A stretch of DNA of 56,482 nt. Origin: an uncultured Actinomycetes bacterium. Its GTDB lineage: Bacteria; Actinomycetota; Acidimicrobiia; IMCC26256; PALSA-555. Of this stretch, positions 42,354-51,769 are shown piece after piece. Position 1 is the first letter of the stretch; the number at the start of each line of letters is the position of its first letter. The stretch is taken from contig CALEYV010000034.1 of the NCBI GenBank assembly GCA_937927875.1, positions 1 through 56,482 of the forward strand, in the 5' to 3' direction. The position numbers were made by a program, and so were the translations under genes. The notes below the pieces were generated by a model, which ran no database searches, was not told the DNA's origin, and saw only the letters and a program-made list of their open reading frames with translations.

Positions 42354-43637
42354 TCACGCCGAGCGGGGCACGTCCTTCCACGCCAGCTCCCGCGAGTTGT
42401 CGGGCTCCTTCGGCAGCCCGAGCACGCGCTCCCCGAGGATGTTGCGCATCACGTTGGACGTGCCGCCCTCGATGGTGTTGGCCTGCGCGCGCAGGAACCC
42501 GCGGGCGATCGACGGCCGGTCGTCGCCCATCCCGCCGATGTAGGCGAGCGGCCCTTCGGCCCGCTCCGACGTGGTCGGCTCCCACGCGACGCCGCCGATT
42601 CCCTCCATGTCGACGGCCAGCTTCTGCAGCCGCTGGTTGTACTCGGCCTGCATCAGCTTCGTGATCGAGCCTTCCGGCCCGGCCTCGGCGCCGGACTTGC
42701 GCCGGTCGGCGGCGCGCTGGTTGTTGAACCGGATCAGGCGGCCGTCGATGTAGAGCTCGGCCAGCCGCTGGCGCAGCAGCGGGTCGCGCACGGGCCGGTG
42801 GCGCTCCAGGAGGGTGCGGATCGGGCTGCCGCCGACCGCGTCACCGGCGAGCGACCCGGCGCCCGACAGCGACACGCGCTCGTTCATGAGCGTCGTGATG
42901 GCGACTCGCCAGCCCTCGCCCTCCGGCCCGACCCGCGCCGAGTCCGGCACCCGCACGTTCTCGAAGAAGACCTCATTGAACTCGGCGTCGCCGGTGATCT
43001 GGACCAGCGGGCGGACCTCGACGCCCGGTGTCTGCATGTCGATGACGAAGTAGCTGAGGCCCTTGTGCTTCGGCACGTCCGGGTTCGTGCGAGCCAGCAG
43101 CATCCCGTACTTCGCGAAGTGGGCCAGCGTGGTCCACACCTTCTGGCCGGTGACGATCCACTCGTCGCCGTCGCGCACGGCCCGGGTCGAGAGGCCGGCG
43201 ACGTCCGAGCCCGCGCCGGGCTCGCTGAACAGCTGGCACCAGATCTCCTCGTTCGTGGCCAGCCCGCGCATGAACTGGTGCTTCTGGTCCTCGGTGCCCC
43301 ACGTGAGCACGGTCGGGCCGCCCATGCCGATCCCGATGATGTTGAACGGGCGCGGCACGCGGTAGCGGCTCAGCACCTCGTTGACGTGCTTCGCCTGCCC
43401 GGGCGTGAGCGACAGGCCGGCGCCGTACTCGGCCGGCCAGGTGGGGGTGGCGTAGCCAGCCTCGCCGAGGCGGCGGCACCAGTCGCGGTAGTCGAGCGAG
43501 CGCCGCAGCGCCTGCCACCGCTCCTCGTCGCCGGCGTCGATGGCGTCCATCCAGCCCTCGGGGAGCTCCTCGCGCAGGAACGCCAGCGTCTGCTCTCGAA
43601 GCTGGGTGTCGGTCGGCTGAGACGTGTCGAGCGCCAT
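42354..43637 (-). CDS. Acyl-CoA dehydrogenase
   Basis: ATG 43637 preceded by GGGGA, inside track ORF 42354..43844. WCQLFSEPGAGSDVAGL, TGQKVWTTLAH, RAQANTIEGGTSNVMRNILGERVLGLP. Confidence 0.85.
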   Translation of the reverse strand: MALDTSQPTDTQLREQTLAFLREELPEGWMDAIDAGDEERWQALRRSLDYRDWCRRLGEAGYATPTWPAEYGAGLSLTPGQAKHVNEVLSRYRVPRPFNIIGIGMGGPTVLTWGTEDQKHQFMRGLATNEEIWCQLFSEPGAGSDVAGLSTRAVRDGDEWIVTGQKVWTTLAHFAKYGMLLARTNPDVPKHKGLSYFVIDMQTPGVEVRPLVQITGDAEFNEVFFENVRVPDSARVGPEGEGWRVAITTLMNERVSLSGAGSLAGDAVGGSPIRTLLERHRPVRDPLLRQRLAELYIDGRLIRFNNQRAADRRKSGAEAGPEGSITKLMQAEYNQRLQKLAVDMEGIGGVAWEPTTSERAEGPLAYIGGMGDDRPSIARGFLRAQANTIEGGTSNVMRNILGERVLGLPKEPDNSRELAWKDVPRSA

Positions 43638-43836
43638 CGTTCCCCCACTGCTTGGCACCGACACGGAGCGTAGCGGCACGCCGATCCCCCCGACGTCGAC
43701 ACCGAGGCCGACCTGCTCGTCCGAGGGCGTGATCGTGGCGGAGCGATGACGCGCTCCACCGCCGCCGGTATCCTCGGCTCGCCGACCGCTCGTGCCGCGA
43801 CACCGCCAGCGGCCGGGCGCCGAGAAACGGAGCACG

Positions 43837-44532
43837 ATGCGCACCCACCACGCGGAGCGCCACCGCTACGACCGGGTGGGCTGGCTGCGGGCGGCCGTGC
43901 TCGGCGCCAACGACGGCATCCTCTCCGTCGCCAGCATCCTGCTCGGCGTCGCGGCCGCGACGTCCTCACGCAATCAGATCGCGATCGCCGGCGCGGCCGC
44001 GCTGGTCGCCGGCGCGATGGCCATGGCCACCGGCGAGTTCGTGTCGGTGAGCTCCCAGCGCGACACCCAGCGGGCCGACATCGCGCGCGAGCGACGGGAG
44101 ATCCTCCAGAACCCGGACTTCGAGCTCGCCGAGCTCCAGGAGATCTACCAGCACCGCGGCCTCGAGCCGGCCCTCGCCCGCACGGTGGCCGAGCGGCTGA
44201 TGGAGCAGGACGCGCTCGGGGCCCACCTCCGCGACGAGCTCGGCATGACGGGCGTCGGGGTCGCGGCCCCGCCGCAGGCCGCGGTGAGCTCGGCGATCAG
44301 CTTCGCGGCCGGCGGCACGCTGCCGCTGGCGGCCGCCATCGCGGTGCCCAGCGGCGCTCGCGTGCCGGTGGTCGCCGCGCTGGCGCTGGTGCTCCTCGCC
44401 GGGACCGGCGCCCTTGGCGGTCGGCTCGGGGGCGCGCCGATTCGGCGCGCCGCGCTGCGAGTGCTCGCCGGCGGAAGCCTGGCGATGCTCGCGACCTGGG
44501 CCATCGGGTCGCTGGTCGGCACCGCCGTCTAA
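43837..44532 (+). CDS. VIT1/CCC1 family (iron/manganese transporter-like) membrane protein
   Basis: ATG 43837 preceded by GGAG. LRAAVLGANDGILSVAS, GEFVSVSSQRD, C-terminal TM helices. Confidence 0.8.
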   Translation: MRTHHAERHRYDRVGWLRAAVLGANDGILSVASILLGVAAATSSRNQIAIAGAAALVAGAMAMATGEFVSVSSQRDTQRADIARERREILQNPDFELAELQEIYQHRGLEPALARTVAERLMEQDALGAHLRDELGMTGVGVAAPPQAAVSSAISFAAGGTLPLAAAIAVPSGARVPVVAALALVLLAGTGALGGRLGGAPIRRAALRVLAGGSLAMLATWAIGSLVGTAV

Positions 44533-44542
44533 CTCGGGCGAG

Positions 44543-47017
44543 TCAGCGCCCCGCCGCCGTCGCGGCACCGACCGGCGCGTGCCGCTGGTGACGCTGGGCG
44601 AGGAACCGGGACGTTCGCCAGCCCAGCTCCACGAGGACGATGCCGAGCGCCGCGATCGCGGCCGCCTCCCCGAGCACGCCGCCCGGGGGCAGGGAGAGGG
44701 CGAAGAAGCTCCGGAACGGGGCGACGGCGACGATCGTCACCACCGAGAGCACCATCAGCAGCGCGAGGAGGCCCCGCCACCAGTTGATGGGACGGGCGAG
44801 GATGACGAGCACCCACAGCGCGATGGCGGCCACGACGAGCGTGGCCGTCGTGCGCGACTCGGTGAGCGACCGGTTCTCGGCGTAGAAGGCGACGCCGTAC
44901 GCCGCCAGCGCGCACGAGCCGATGACGACACCGGCCGGCACGCAGAACCGCAGGACCCGCTTGATGAAGCCGGGGACGTACCGCCGCTTGTTCGGCGCGA
45001 TGGCGAGGAAGAACCCGGGGATGCCGATCGTGAAGTTGCTGATGATCGTGAGGTGGCGGGGCAGGAACGGGTACTTCCAGCTGAGGATGACGACCGACAC
45101 CGCGATGAGCACCGCGTAGACGGTCTTGGTGACGAACAGGTTGGCCGACCGCTCGATGTTGGCGATGACGCGCCGGCCCTCGGCGACGACGCCGGGTAAT
45201 GTCGAAAACCGCCCGTCGAGCAGCACCAGCTTGGCGACGGCGCGCGTCGCCGCCGCGCCCGAACCCATCGCGACGCCCAGGTCGGCGTCCTTGAGGGCGA
45301 GGGCGTCGTTGACCCCATCGCCGGTCATCGCGACGACGTGGCCGTGCGACTGGAGCGCGTGGACCATGGCCCGCTTCTGCTGGGGCGTGACTCGTCCGTA
45401 GACGGTGTGCGTGTCGAGGATGTCGGCGAGCTTCGCCTCGTCGTCGGGCAGCTCGCGCGCGTCGACCGGGTCCTCGGTGCCGGGCAGCCCGACCCGGCTC
45501 GCGACCGCCGCGACCGTGCGGGGGTTGTCCCCGGAGATCACCTTCAGACCCACGCCCTGCTCGGCGAAGTACGCCAGCGTCTCGCGCGCGTCGGGCCGGA
45601 TCTTCTCCTCGAACAGGACGAGCGCGGCGGGCGTCAGCGGGTCGGGCAGCGCCTCGTCGGTGAGCGGCGCGTCGCTGCGGCCCAGGAGCAGGACCCGCTT
45701 GCCCTCGGCCGCCAGCTCGTTGGCGCGTCGCCGGACGGCGCTGTCGGGGGCGGCGTCGGGGAGCACCATCTCCGGCGCGCCGAGGACCCAGGTTCCCTGG
45801 GCGCCGAAGCTCGCCGCGCTCCACTTGCGAGCCGACGAGAAGGGCGTCGATGCGGTGCGGGCCCAGCCGTCGGGAGCCGAGCGGGCGGCGCCGACGGCGG
45901 CGAGCGTCGCGTTGCGGTTGGGGTCGTCGGCGAGGGCGCCGAGGGCGGCGTCGGCGTCGGTCGGATGCGTCGCGTCGAGGGGCTCGAGCCGGTCGAACAC
46001 GACGTCGCCCTCGGTGAGGGTGCCGGTCTTGTCGAGGCAGACCACGTCCACCCGGGCCAGCCCCTCGACCGCGGGGAGCTCCTGCACGAGGACGTTGCGT
46101 CGGGCCAGCGTCACGGCCGCGATCCCGAACGCCAGGCTGGTGAGCAGCACCAGTCCCTCGGGCACCATGCCGACGACGCCCGCCACCGTGCTCGTCAGCG
46201 CGGCCCGCACCTGGTCGGTCCGCAGCTGCTGCCACAGCAGCAGCCCCGACACCGGGAACAGCGCGTACTGGATGAGGCGGAGCAGGAAGTTGATGCCGTC
46301 GACGAGCTCCGAATGGGCGATCCGGAACTCGCGCGCCTCCCGTGCGATGCGGCGCGCGTACGAATCAGGGCCCACCGCGGTGGCTTGGAACCGGCCCGCC
46401 CCCGCCACGACGATGCTGCCCGACATGACGGTCGACCCGGGCGTCTTGTCGATCGGCTCGGACTCGCCGGTGAGCAGCGACTCGTCGACCTCGAGCCCCT
46501 CGGCCTGGCGGACGATCCCGTCCGCGGGGATCTGATCACCCGTCCGCAGCTCGCCGAGGTCGTCGAGCACGAGGTCCTCGATCGCCACCTCCTCCACCTG
46601 CCCGTCCCGCACCACGCTCGCCTTGGGCGCGTTGAGCACCGCCAGCGCGTCGAGCTTCCGCTTGGCCCGGACCTCCTGGACGATCCCGATCAGCGCGTTG
46701 GCGACGAGCACGAAGCCGAACAGGCCGTCCTGGGGGTGCCCCACCGCCAGGACGACGACGAGCATCGTGCCGAGGATTGCGTTGAACCGGGTGAGGACGT
46801 TGGCGCGGATGATCTCGCCGTAGGTGCGGCTCGTCCGCTCGCCACCGCCGTTCGTGAGCCCGCGCGCGACGCGGTCGCGCACCTCGGCCGCGGTCAGCCC
46901 GGTCGGTGGCGTCTCGCGGTCGGGTGACGGCGACGCGGGCGCGCTGGACCCGGCCGGCGCCGACGCGGTCATCGCGCTGACCGTAGCCGAGGGGTTGCCG
47001 GATTCTGGTTGATGCAC
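44543..47017 (-). CDS. Cation-translocating P-type ATPase (P2-like, PEGL motif)
   Basis: LTGESEP, MVPEGLVLL, CLDKTGTLT, ISGDNPRT, MTGDGVNDALALK. GTG 47017 is the track start; ATG 46972 is an alternative. Confidence 0.9.
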   Translation of the reverse strand: MHQPESGNPSATVSAMTASAPAGSSAPASPSPDRETPPTGLTAAEVRDRVARGLTNGGGERTSRTYGEIIRANVLTRFNAILGTMLVVVLAVGHPQDGLFGFVLVANALIGIVQEVRAKRKLDALAVLNAPKASVVRDGQVEEVAIEDLVLDDLGELRTGDQIPADGIVRQAEGLEVDESLLTGESEPIDKTPGSTVMSGSIVVAGAGRFQATAVGPDSYARRIAREAREFRIAHSELVDGINFLLRLIQYALFPVSGLLLWQQLRTDQVRAALTSTVAGVVGMVPEGLVLLTSLAFGIAAVTLARRNVLVQELPAVEGLARVDVVCLDKTGTLTEGDVVFDRLEPLDATHPTDADAALGALADDPNRNATLAAVGAARSAPDGWARTASTPFSSARKWSAASFGAQGTWVLGAPEMVLPDAAPDSAVRRRANELAAEGKRVLLLGRSDAPLTDEALPDPLTPAALVLFEEKIRPDARETLAYFAEQGVGLKVISGDNPRTVAAVASRVGLPGTEDPVDARELPDDEAKLADILDTHTVYGRVTPQQKRAMVHALQSHGHVVAMTGDGVNDALALKDADLGVAMGSGAAATRAVAKLVLLDGRFSTLPGVVAEGRRVIANIERSANLFVTKTVYAVLIAVSVVILSWKYPFLPRHLTIISNFTIGIPGFFLAIAPNKRRYVPGFIKRVLRFCVPAGVVIGSCALAAYGVAFYAENRSLTESRTTATLVVAAIALWVLVILARPINWWRGLLALLMVLSVVTIVAVAPFRSFFALSLPPGGVLGEAAAIAALGIVLVELGWRTSRFLAQRHQRHAPVGAATAAGR

Positions 47018-47087
47018 GCGCGCTCGGCCCGGCGACGATGACGGCGTGTCACGGTCGTCGACCGGAGGGCCGCGCGTCCCTCGCCGG

Positions 47088-50000
47088 TCAGCGGAAGTCG
47101 CGGGATCGCAGCAGCGCGGCGGGTGTCAGGGCGAGGGGCTCGAGGTGCTGGGCGAGGAGGTTCACGACGCCCTGCTCGCGCTCCAGGCGGCCCCGCACCC
47201 GCAGCGCGGGGGCGGCCCGCGCCACCCGGCGGTACCGCGCCCACACCTCGGGAGTGCAGATCACGTTCACGAGGCCGGTCTCGTCCTCGAGGTTCAGGAA
47301 CACCACCCCGTTCGCGGTCTCGGGCTGCTGGCGGTGCGTGACGATCCCCGCCACCTCGACCCGGGCCCGATCGGGCCGGGTCCGCAGCGTCTCGGCGGTG
47401 ACGACGCCGGCCGCCGCCAGCTCGTCGCGCACGAACTCGGTGGGATGGCGCGCCGCCGAGAGGCCGGTGGCGCCGAGGTCGGCCGCGGTGGCCTCGATCT
47501 CGGTCATGCCGGGCAGCGGCGGCGCCTCGATTCCGGTGACGATGCCGGGGAGCGTCCCGGCCCGGGCGTCGCGCAGGCCGCCGGCCGCCCAGAGCCCGGC
47601 CCGCCGGGAGACGCCGAAGCCCTCGAAGGCGCCCGCGGTCGCCAGCGACTCGAGCGCGTCGACGGTGGCGCCGGTGCGACGGGTGAAGTCCTCGAGGTCG
47701 GTGAAGGCCCGCTCGGCGCGGGCTTCGTCGATCCGGTCGAGGAGCCGGTCGGTGAGTCCCCGCACGTAGCGCAGGCCGATCCGCACCGCCTGCGTGGACA
47801 CGTCGGCGTGCCACCCCGGCCGCGGGACGCCGATCGGGCCCGCGTCGGCGGTGCGGGCCTCGAGGGTGCAGTCCCGCCGCGAGGCGTGGACGCAGGGGCC
47901 GAGGACCTGCACCCCGTGCCGGATCGCGTCCCGCACGATGGTGTGCGGCGAGTAGAAGCCCATCGGCTGCGCGTTCAGCAGCGCGCAGGCGAACTCGGCC
48001 GGGTAGCGCCGCTTCACCCAGGCGCTCGCGTACACGAGGTAGGCGAAGCTGACCGAGTGGCTCTCGGGGAACCCGAAGTCGGCGAACGCCTCCAGCTTGT
48101 GCGCGATCTCCTCCGCCGTCTCGCCGGTGATCCCCCGCTCCGCCATCCCCTGCAGCAGCCGGTCGCGCATGGCCGCCATGCGCGACCGCGAGCGCTTCGA
48201 ACCCATCGCCTGCCGGAGCTGGTCGGCCTCCCCGGGCGAGAACCCGGCCGCGTCGATGGCGATCTGCATGAGCTGCTCCTGGAAGAGCGGCACCCCCAGG
48301 GTCTTGCGCAGGCAGCCCTCGAGCACCGGGTGGGGGTAGGTGATCGGCTCGTCACCGCTGCGCCGCCGGAGGTACGGGTGCACCGAGCCGCCTTGGATCG
48401 GGCCCGGTCGGATCAGCGCCACCTCGATGACGAGGTCGTAGAAGGTGCGGGGGCGCAGACGAGGCAGCGTCGCCATCTGGGCCCGGCTCTCGACCTGGAA
48501 CACGCCGATCGTGTCCGCGGCGCAGAGCAGGTCGTAGACCTCGTCCTCCTGGGGGATGGTGGCAAGGTCGATCTCGGTGCCCTCGTGCTCCCGCACCAGG
48601 TCGACGGCGAGATGCAGCATCGTGAGCATCCCGAGGCCGAGCAGGTCGAACTTCACGAGGCCGGCCGCCGCGCAGTCGTCCTTGTCCCACTGCAACACCG
48701 ACCGGTCCTCCATCCGGGCCCACTCGACGGGACAGAACTCCACCAGCGGCCGGTCGGCCATCACCATCCCGCCGGAGTGGATGCCGAGGTGGCGCGGGAA
48801 GTCGAGGACCTGGCGGGCGAGGTCGAGCACCAGCTCGGGGACCGGCGGCGCCCCCTCCGAGCTGGTGACGTCCTCGAACGCCTGGTCGTGGGACCGCCAC
48901 CGGTCGGTCCACTTCGTGAGCGCGTCGGCGTGGCCGGGCGACAGCCCGACCGCCTTGGCCATCTCGCGCAGCGCCGAGCGGGGCCGGTAAGTGATGACGT
49001 TGGCGACCTGGGCGGCGCGGTCGCGCCCGTACTTCTCGTAGAGGAACTGGATCACCTCCTCGCGGCGCTGGTGCTCGATGTCGACATCGATGTCGGGCGG
49101 CCCGTCCCGCTCCGGGGAGAGGAAGCGCTCGAACAGCAGGCCGAGGGCGACCGAGTCCGCCTTCGTGATTCCGAGCGCGTAGCAGACGGCGCTGTTGGCG
49201 GCGCTGCCCCGCCCCTGGCAGAAGATGTCGTGCTCGGCGCAGAACGACACGATCTCGACGAGCAGCAGGAAGTACCCGGGGAAGTTGAGCTGCTCGATGA
49301 CGTCGAGCTCATAGGCCAGCTGGTGCATCGCCTGGTCGTGGTTCGGGTGCGTCACCGGGTAGCGCGCCGCCGCGCCCCGCCGGGTGAGCTCGCGCAGCCA
49401 CGACATGTCGGTGTGGCCGGCCGGGACGTCGAGGTCGGGCAGGTCGGGGGCGGCCAGGCGCAGGTCGAACGCGCACTCGGCCGCCACCTCGAGGGTGCGC
49501 TCCACCGCGCCGGGCCAGCGCGCGAACCGCCGGCGCTGCTCGGCCGGGCGACGGAGATGCGCGAGAGGGGAGGCGGGAAGCCAGCCGTCGATCTCGTCGA
49601 GCGAGCGCCGGGCCCGGATCGCCGCCAGCGCGGTCGCCAGCGGCTGCTGGCCCGTGGTGGCGTAGTGGACGTTGTTCGTGGCGATCACCTCGACCCCGAC
49701 CCGGGCCGCCACCTCGGCCAAGGCGTCGTTGCGGTGACGGTCGAGCGGGTCCCCGTGGTCCCACAGCTCGACGAGCACCCGATCCCGACCGAACGCGGCC
49801 ACGAGTCGCTCCAGCGCGCGACGGGCGGCGGCCGGGCCGTCGGCGAGCAGCGCGCGTGGCACCGCGCCCTTCCGGCACCCGGTCAGCACCATCCAGGCGT
49901 CGTTCGCGACGCTCGCCCGGCCGCTCGTGACGTGCACGCCAGCGCGGGCGGCGTCGGCGAGATCCTCGAGCCGGAAGCGGGGCGCGCCCTTCTCCCCCGC

Positions 50001-50333
50001 CAGCTGGCCGGCGCTGATGGCCCGGGCCAGCCGGGCGTGCCCGCGCGGCCCCGACGCCAGCACCACCAGGTGCTCTCCCGGCGGGTCCGCCATCCCGTTC
50101 GGGGGCCGGTCGGCGCCCAGGGTGAGCTCGGCGCCGAACACGGTCGGCAGCCCGACCCCGGCCGCGGCGGCCGCGAACCGGACGATGCCGTAGAAGCCGT
50201 CGTGGTCGGTGACGGCCAGGGCGGCCAGACCCAGGCGGGCCGCCTCGTCGACGAGCTCCTCGGGATGGCTCGCCCCGTCGAGGAACGAGAAGTTCGTGTG
50301 GCAATGCAGCTCGGCGTACAGGCGCACTCCCAT
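47088..50333 (-). CDS. dnaE2: Error-prone DNA polymerase III alpha subunit DnaE2
   Basis: ATG 50333 inside track ORF 47088..51014. MGVRLYAELHCHTNFSFLDGASHPEELVDEAARLGLAALAVTDHDGFYG (PHP domain); 1081 aa. It has an SOS box immediately upstream and imuA'-imuB nearby. Confidence 0.9.
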   Translation of the reverse strand: MGVRLYAELHCHTNFSFLDGASHPEELVDEAARLGLAALAVTDHDGFYGIVRFAAAAAGVGLPTVFGAELTLGADRPPNGMADPPGEHLVVLASGPRGHARLARAISAGQLAGEKGAPRFRLEDLADAARAGVHVTSGRASVANDAWMVLTGCRKGAVPRALLADGPAAARRALERLVAAFGRDRVLVELWDHGDPLDRHRNDALAEVAARVGVEVIATNNVHYATTGQQPLATALAAIRARRSLDEIDGWLPASPLAHLRRPAEQRRRFARWPGAVERTLEVAAECAFDLRLAAPDLPDLDVPAGHTDMSWLRELTRRGAAARYPVTHPNHDQAMHQLAYELDVIEQLNFPGYFLLLVEIVSFCAEHDIFCQGRGSAANSAVCYALGITKADSVALGLLFERFLSPERDGPPDIDVDIEHQRREEVIQFLYEKYGRDRAAQVANVITYRPRSALREMAKAVGLSPGHADALTKWTDRWRSHDQAFEDVTSSEGAPPVPELVLDLARQVLDFPRHLGIHSGGMVMADRPLVEFCPVEWARMEDRSVLQWDKDDCAAAGLVKFDLLGLGMLTMLHLAVDLVREHEGTEIDLATIPQEDEVYDLLCAADTIGVFQVESRAQMATLPRLRPRTFYDLVIEVALIRPGPIQGGSVHPYLRRRSGDEPITYPHPVLEGCLRKTLGVPLFQEQLMQIAIDAAGFSPGEADQLRQAMGSKRSRSRMAAMRDRLLQGMAERGITGETAEEIAHKLEAFADFGFPESHSVSFAYLVYASAWVKRRYPAEFACALLNAQPMGFYSPHTIVRDAIRHGVQVLGPCVHASRRDCTLEARTADAGPIGVPRPGWHADVSTQAVRIGLRYVRGLTDRLLDRIDEARAERAFTDLEDFTRRTGATVDALESLATAGAFEGFGVSRRAGLWAAGGLRDARAGTLPGIVTGIEAPPLPGMTEIEATAADLGATGLSAARHPTEFVRDELAAAGVVTAETLRTRPDRARVEVAGIVTHRQQPETANGVVFLNLEDETGLVNVICTPEVWARYRRVARAAPALRVRGRLEREQGVVNLLAQHLEPLALTPAALLRSRDFR

Positions 50334-50352
50334 CACCGGGGGCGCCACCCTA

Positions 50353-50367
50353 TCGAACACCTGTTCG
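50353..50367. promoter_or_regulatory. LexA-type SOS box TCGAAC-ACCT-GTTCG upstream of dnaE2
   Basis: Matches the actinobacterial consensus TCGAAC-N4-GTTCGA in 15 of 16 positions. It lies 20 nt upstream of the dnaE2 ATG and directly abuts a TAGGGT (TAnnnT) hexamer on the coding strand (50347-50352). Confidence 0.75.
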
Positions 50368-50481
50368 GGCAGCCAGCGGGACCCCGGCCTGACCGCCGCC
50401 TTCACCGTCCGCTGATCCTTGCGGTCGGTGCTCCTCACAGTGCGGGCGTAGGCCGAGGACAGGCAGCAGAAGGGAGTCACC

Positions 50482-51387
50482 ATGAGCGCCACCCCCGACC
50501 CCCGATCCATCCCGCCCGCCGCTCCCGCGCCGGCGATGCCGGACCGGCCCACCAAGACCGGCCTCGCGCTCGGGCTGATCACGGTGGCCGCCCTCCTCCT
50601 CGGCCTGGCGACCCGCGGCGCGGGCGTGGTCGGGATCGCCTTCCTCTTCCTCCTCTTCGTGCCGCTCGAGAAGCTGTTCGCGCTCCGGCCCCAGAAGGTG
50701 TTCCGCCGCGGCTTCCTGACCGACCTCACCCACCTGCTCGTCAACAACGCCCTCACCGCGGCGGGTCTGCTCGTGGTGATCGTGGCCGCCATGATCCCGT
50801 TCTTCTGGGTCCGCCAGCTCGACGTCGCCGGTGCCCTGCCCCCCGTCGTAGCCGTGATCGTCGCCGCCGTCCTCGTGCTGGTCGGCCAGTACTGGGCGCA
50901 CCGGCTCACCCACCAGGTGCCGTTCCTGTGGCGGTTCCACGCCGTGCACCACAGCATCGAGAACATGGACTGGCTGGCCTCGGGGCGCCTCCACCCCCTC
51001 GACCAGGTGTTCACCCAGGGCGCAGTCGTCGTGCCGCTCTACCTGCTCGGCTTCAACGGCGGCGTGTTCGGCGGCGTCGTCGTGTTCTTCACCCTGCTCG
51101 CGCTCTTCCAGCACGCCAACGTCCGGCTCCGCTTCCCGGTGCTGCGGTGGGTCGTCAACACGCCCGAGTGGCATCACTGGCACCACGCCATCGACCGGGA
51201 GGCGATCAACAAGAACTTCGGGCTCCCGGTGATCGACAAGCTCTTCGGCACCGCCTACCTGCCGCGGGACAAGCGGCCGACGGGGTTCGGCACCCGGGAG
51301 CCGGTCCCGTCGGTCGGCTACGGGCGCCACCTCGCGTACCCGTTCACGAAGGCGGCCCGGACGGGCCTGGCGGCAGGGCAGGTGTAG
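50482..51387 (+). CDS. Sterol desaturase / fatty acid hydroxylase family membrane protein
   Basis: ATG preceded by AAGGGAG. His boxes HRLTH, HAVHH and HHWHH. Several TM helices. Confidence 0.8.
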   Translation: MSATPDPRSIPPAAPAPAMPDRPTKTGLALGLITVAALLLGLATRGAGVVGIAFLFLLFVPLEKLFALRPQKVFRRGFLTDLTHLLVNNALTAAGLLVVIVAAMIPFFWVRQLDVAGALPPVVAVIVAAVLVLVGQYWAHRLTHQVPFLWRFHAVHHSIENMDWLASGRLHPLDQVFTQGAVVVPLYLLGFNGGVFGGVVVFFTLLALFQHANVRLRFPVLRWVVNTPEWHHWHHAIDREAINKNFGLPVIDKLFGTAYLPRDKRPTGFGTREPVPSVGYGRHLAYPFTKAARTGLAAGQV

Positions 51388-51445
51388 CGGGGCGCGACGA
51401 TCGGGCGGTGATCGACGGCGGGGAGGCGACACCGACTTCTGCTAC

Positions 51446-51769
51446 GTGACCACCCGGGGCCGGCGCACCGGGCAGCCGCACGAGATCGAGATCTGGTTCG
51501 CGGCCGACGGCGACACCCTCTACCTCCTCTCCGGTGGCGGGGACCGCTCGGACTGGGTGCGCAACCTGCGGGCCGACGCGGCCGTCACGGTCCGGCTCGG
51601 TGAGACCACCCGGCCCGGGCGGGCGCGCGTCGTGGCGGCGGGGACCGACGAGGACGCGCGGGCGCGACGGCTCGTGTTCGAGAAGTACCAGCCCCGCTAC
51701 GGCGGCGACCTGAGCGACTGGCGGGTGCGCGCGCTGGCGGTCGCGATCGACCTCGCACGTCAGTCGTAG
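51446..51769 (+). CDS. Short nitroreductase-family deazaflavin (F420)-dependent oxidoreductase-like protein (DUF385/Ddn-like)
   Basis: GTG start. (M)TTRGRRTGQPHEIEIWFAADGDTLYLLSGGGDRSDWVRNLRADAAVTV... resembles the split beta-barrel core but begins inside the usual conserved TTxGRKSG strand. Convergent 10-nt overlap with imuB. Confidence 0.6.
   Translation: MTTRGRRTGQPHEIEIWFAADGDTLYLLSGGGDRSDWVRNLRADAAVTVRLGETTRPGRARVVAAGTDEDARARRLVFEKYQPRYGGDLSDWRVRALAVAIDLARQS

Noticed and set aside
44529-46235. 568-aa alternative-frame ORF inside the P-type ATPase gene
   Set aside because: It lies on the same strand but out of frame and gives an Arg/Gly/Pro-rich product. The 824-aa frame carries DKTGT, TGES, PEGL and GDGVNDA.
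47046-51449. 1467-aa plus-strand ORF antisense to dnaE2 and overlapping the desaturase gene
   Set aside because: The composition is Arg/Gly/Pro-dominated low complexity. The opposite strand encodes a full-length DnaE2 with a PHP domain, so this frame is not coding.
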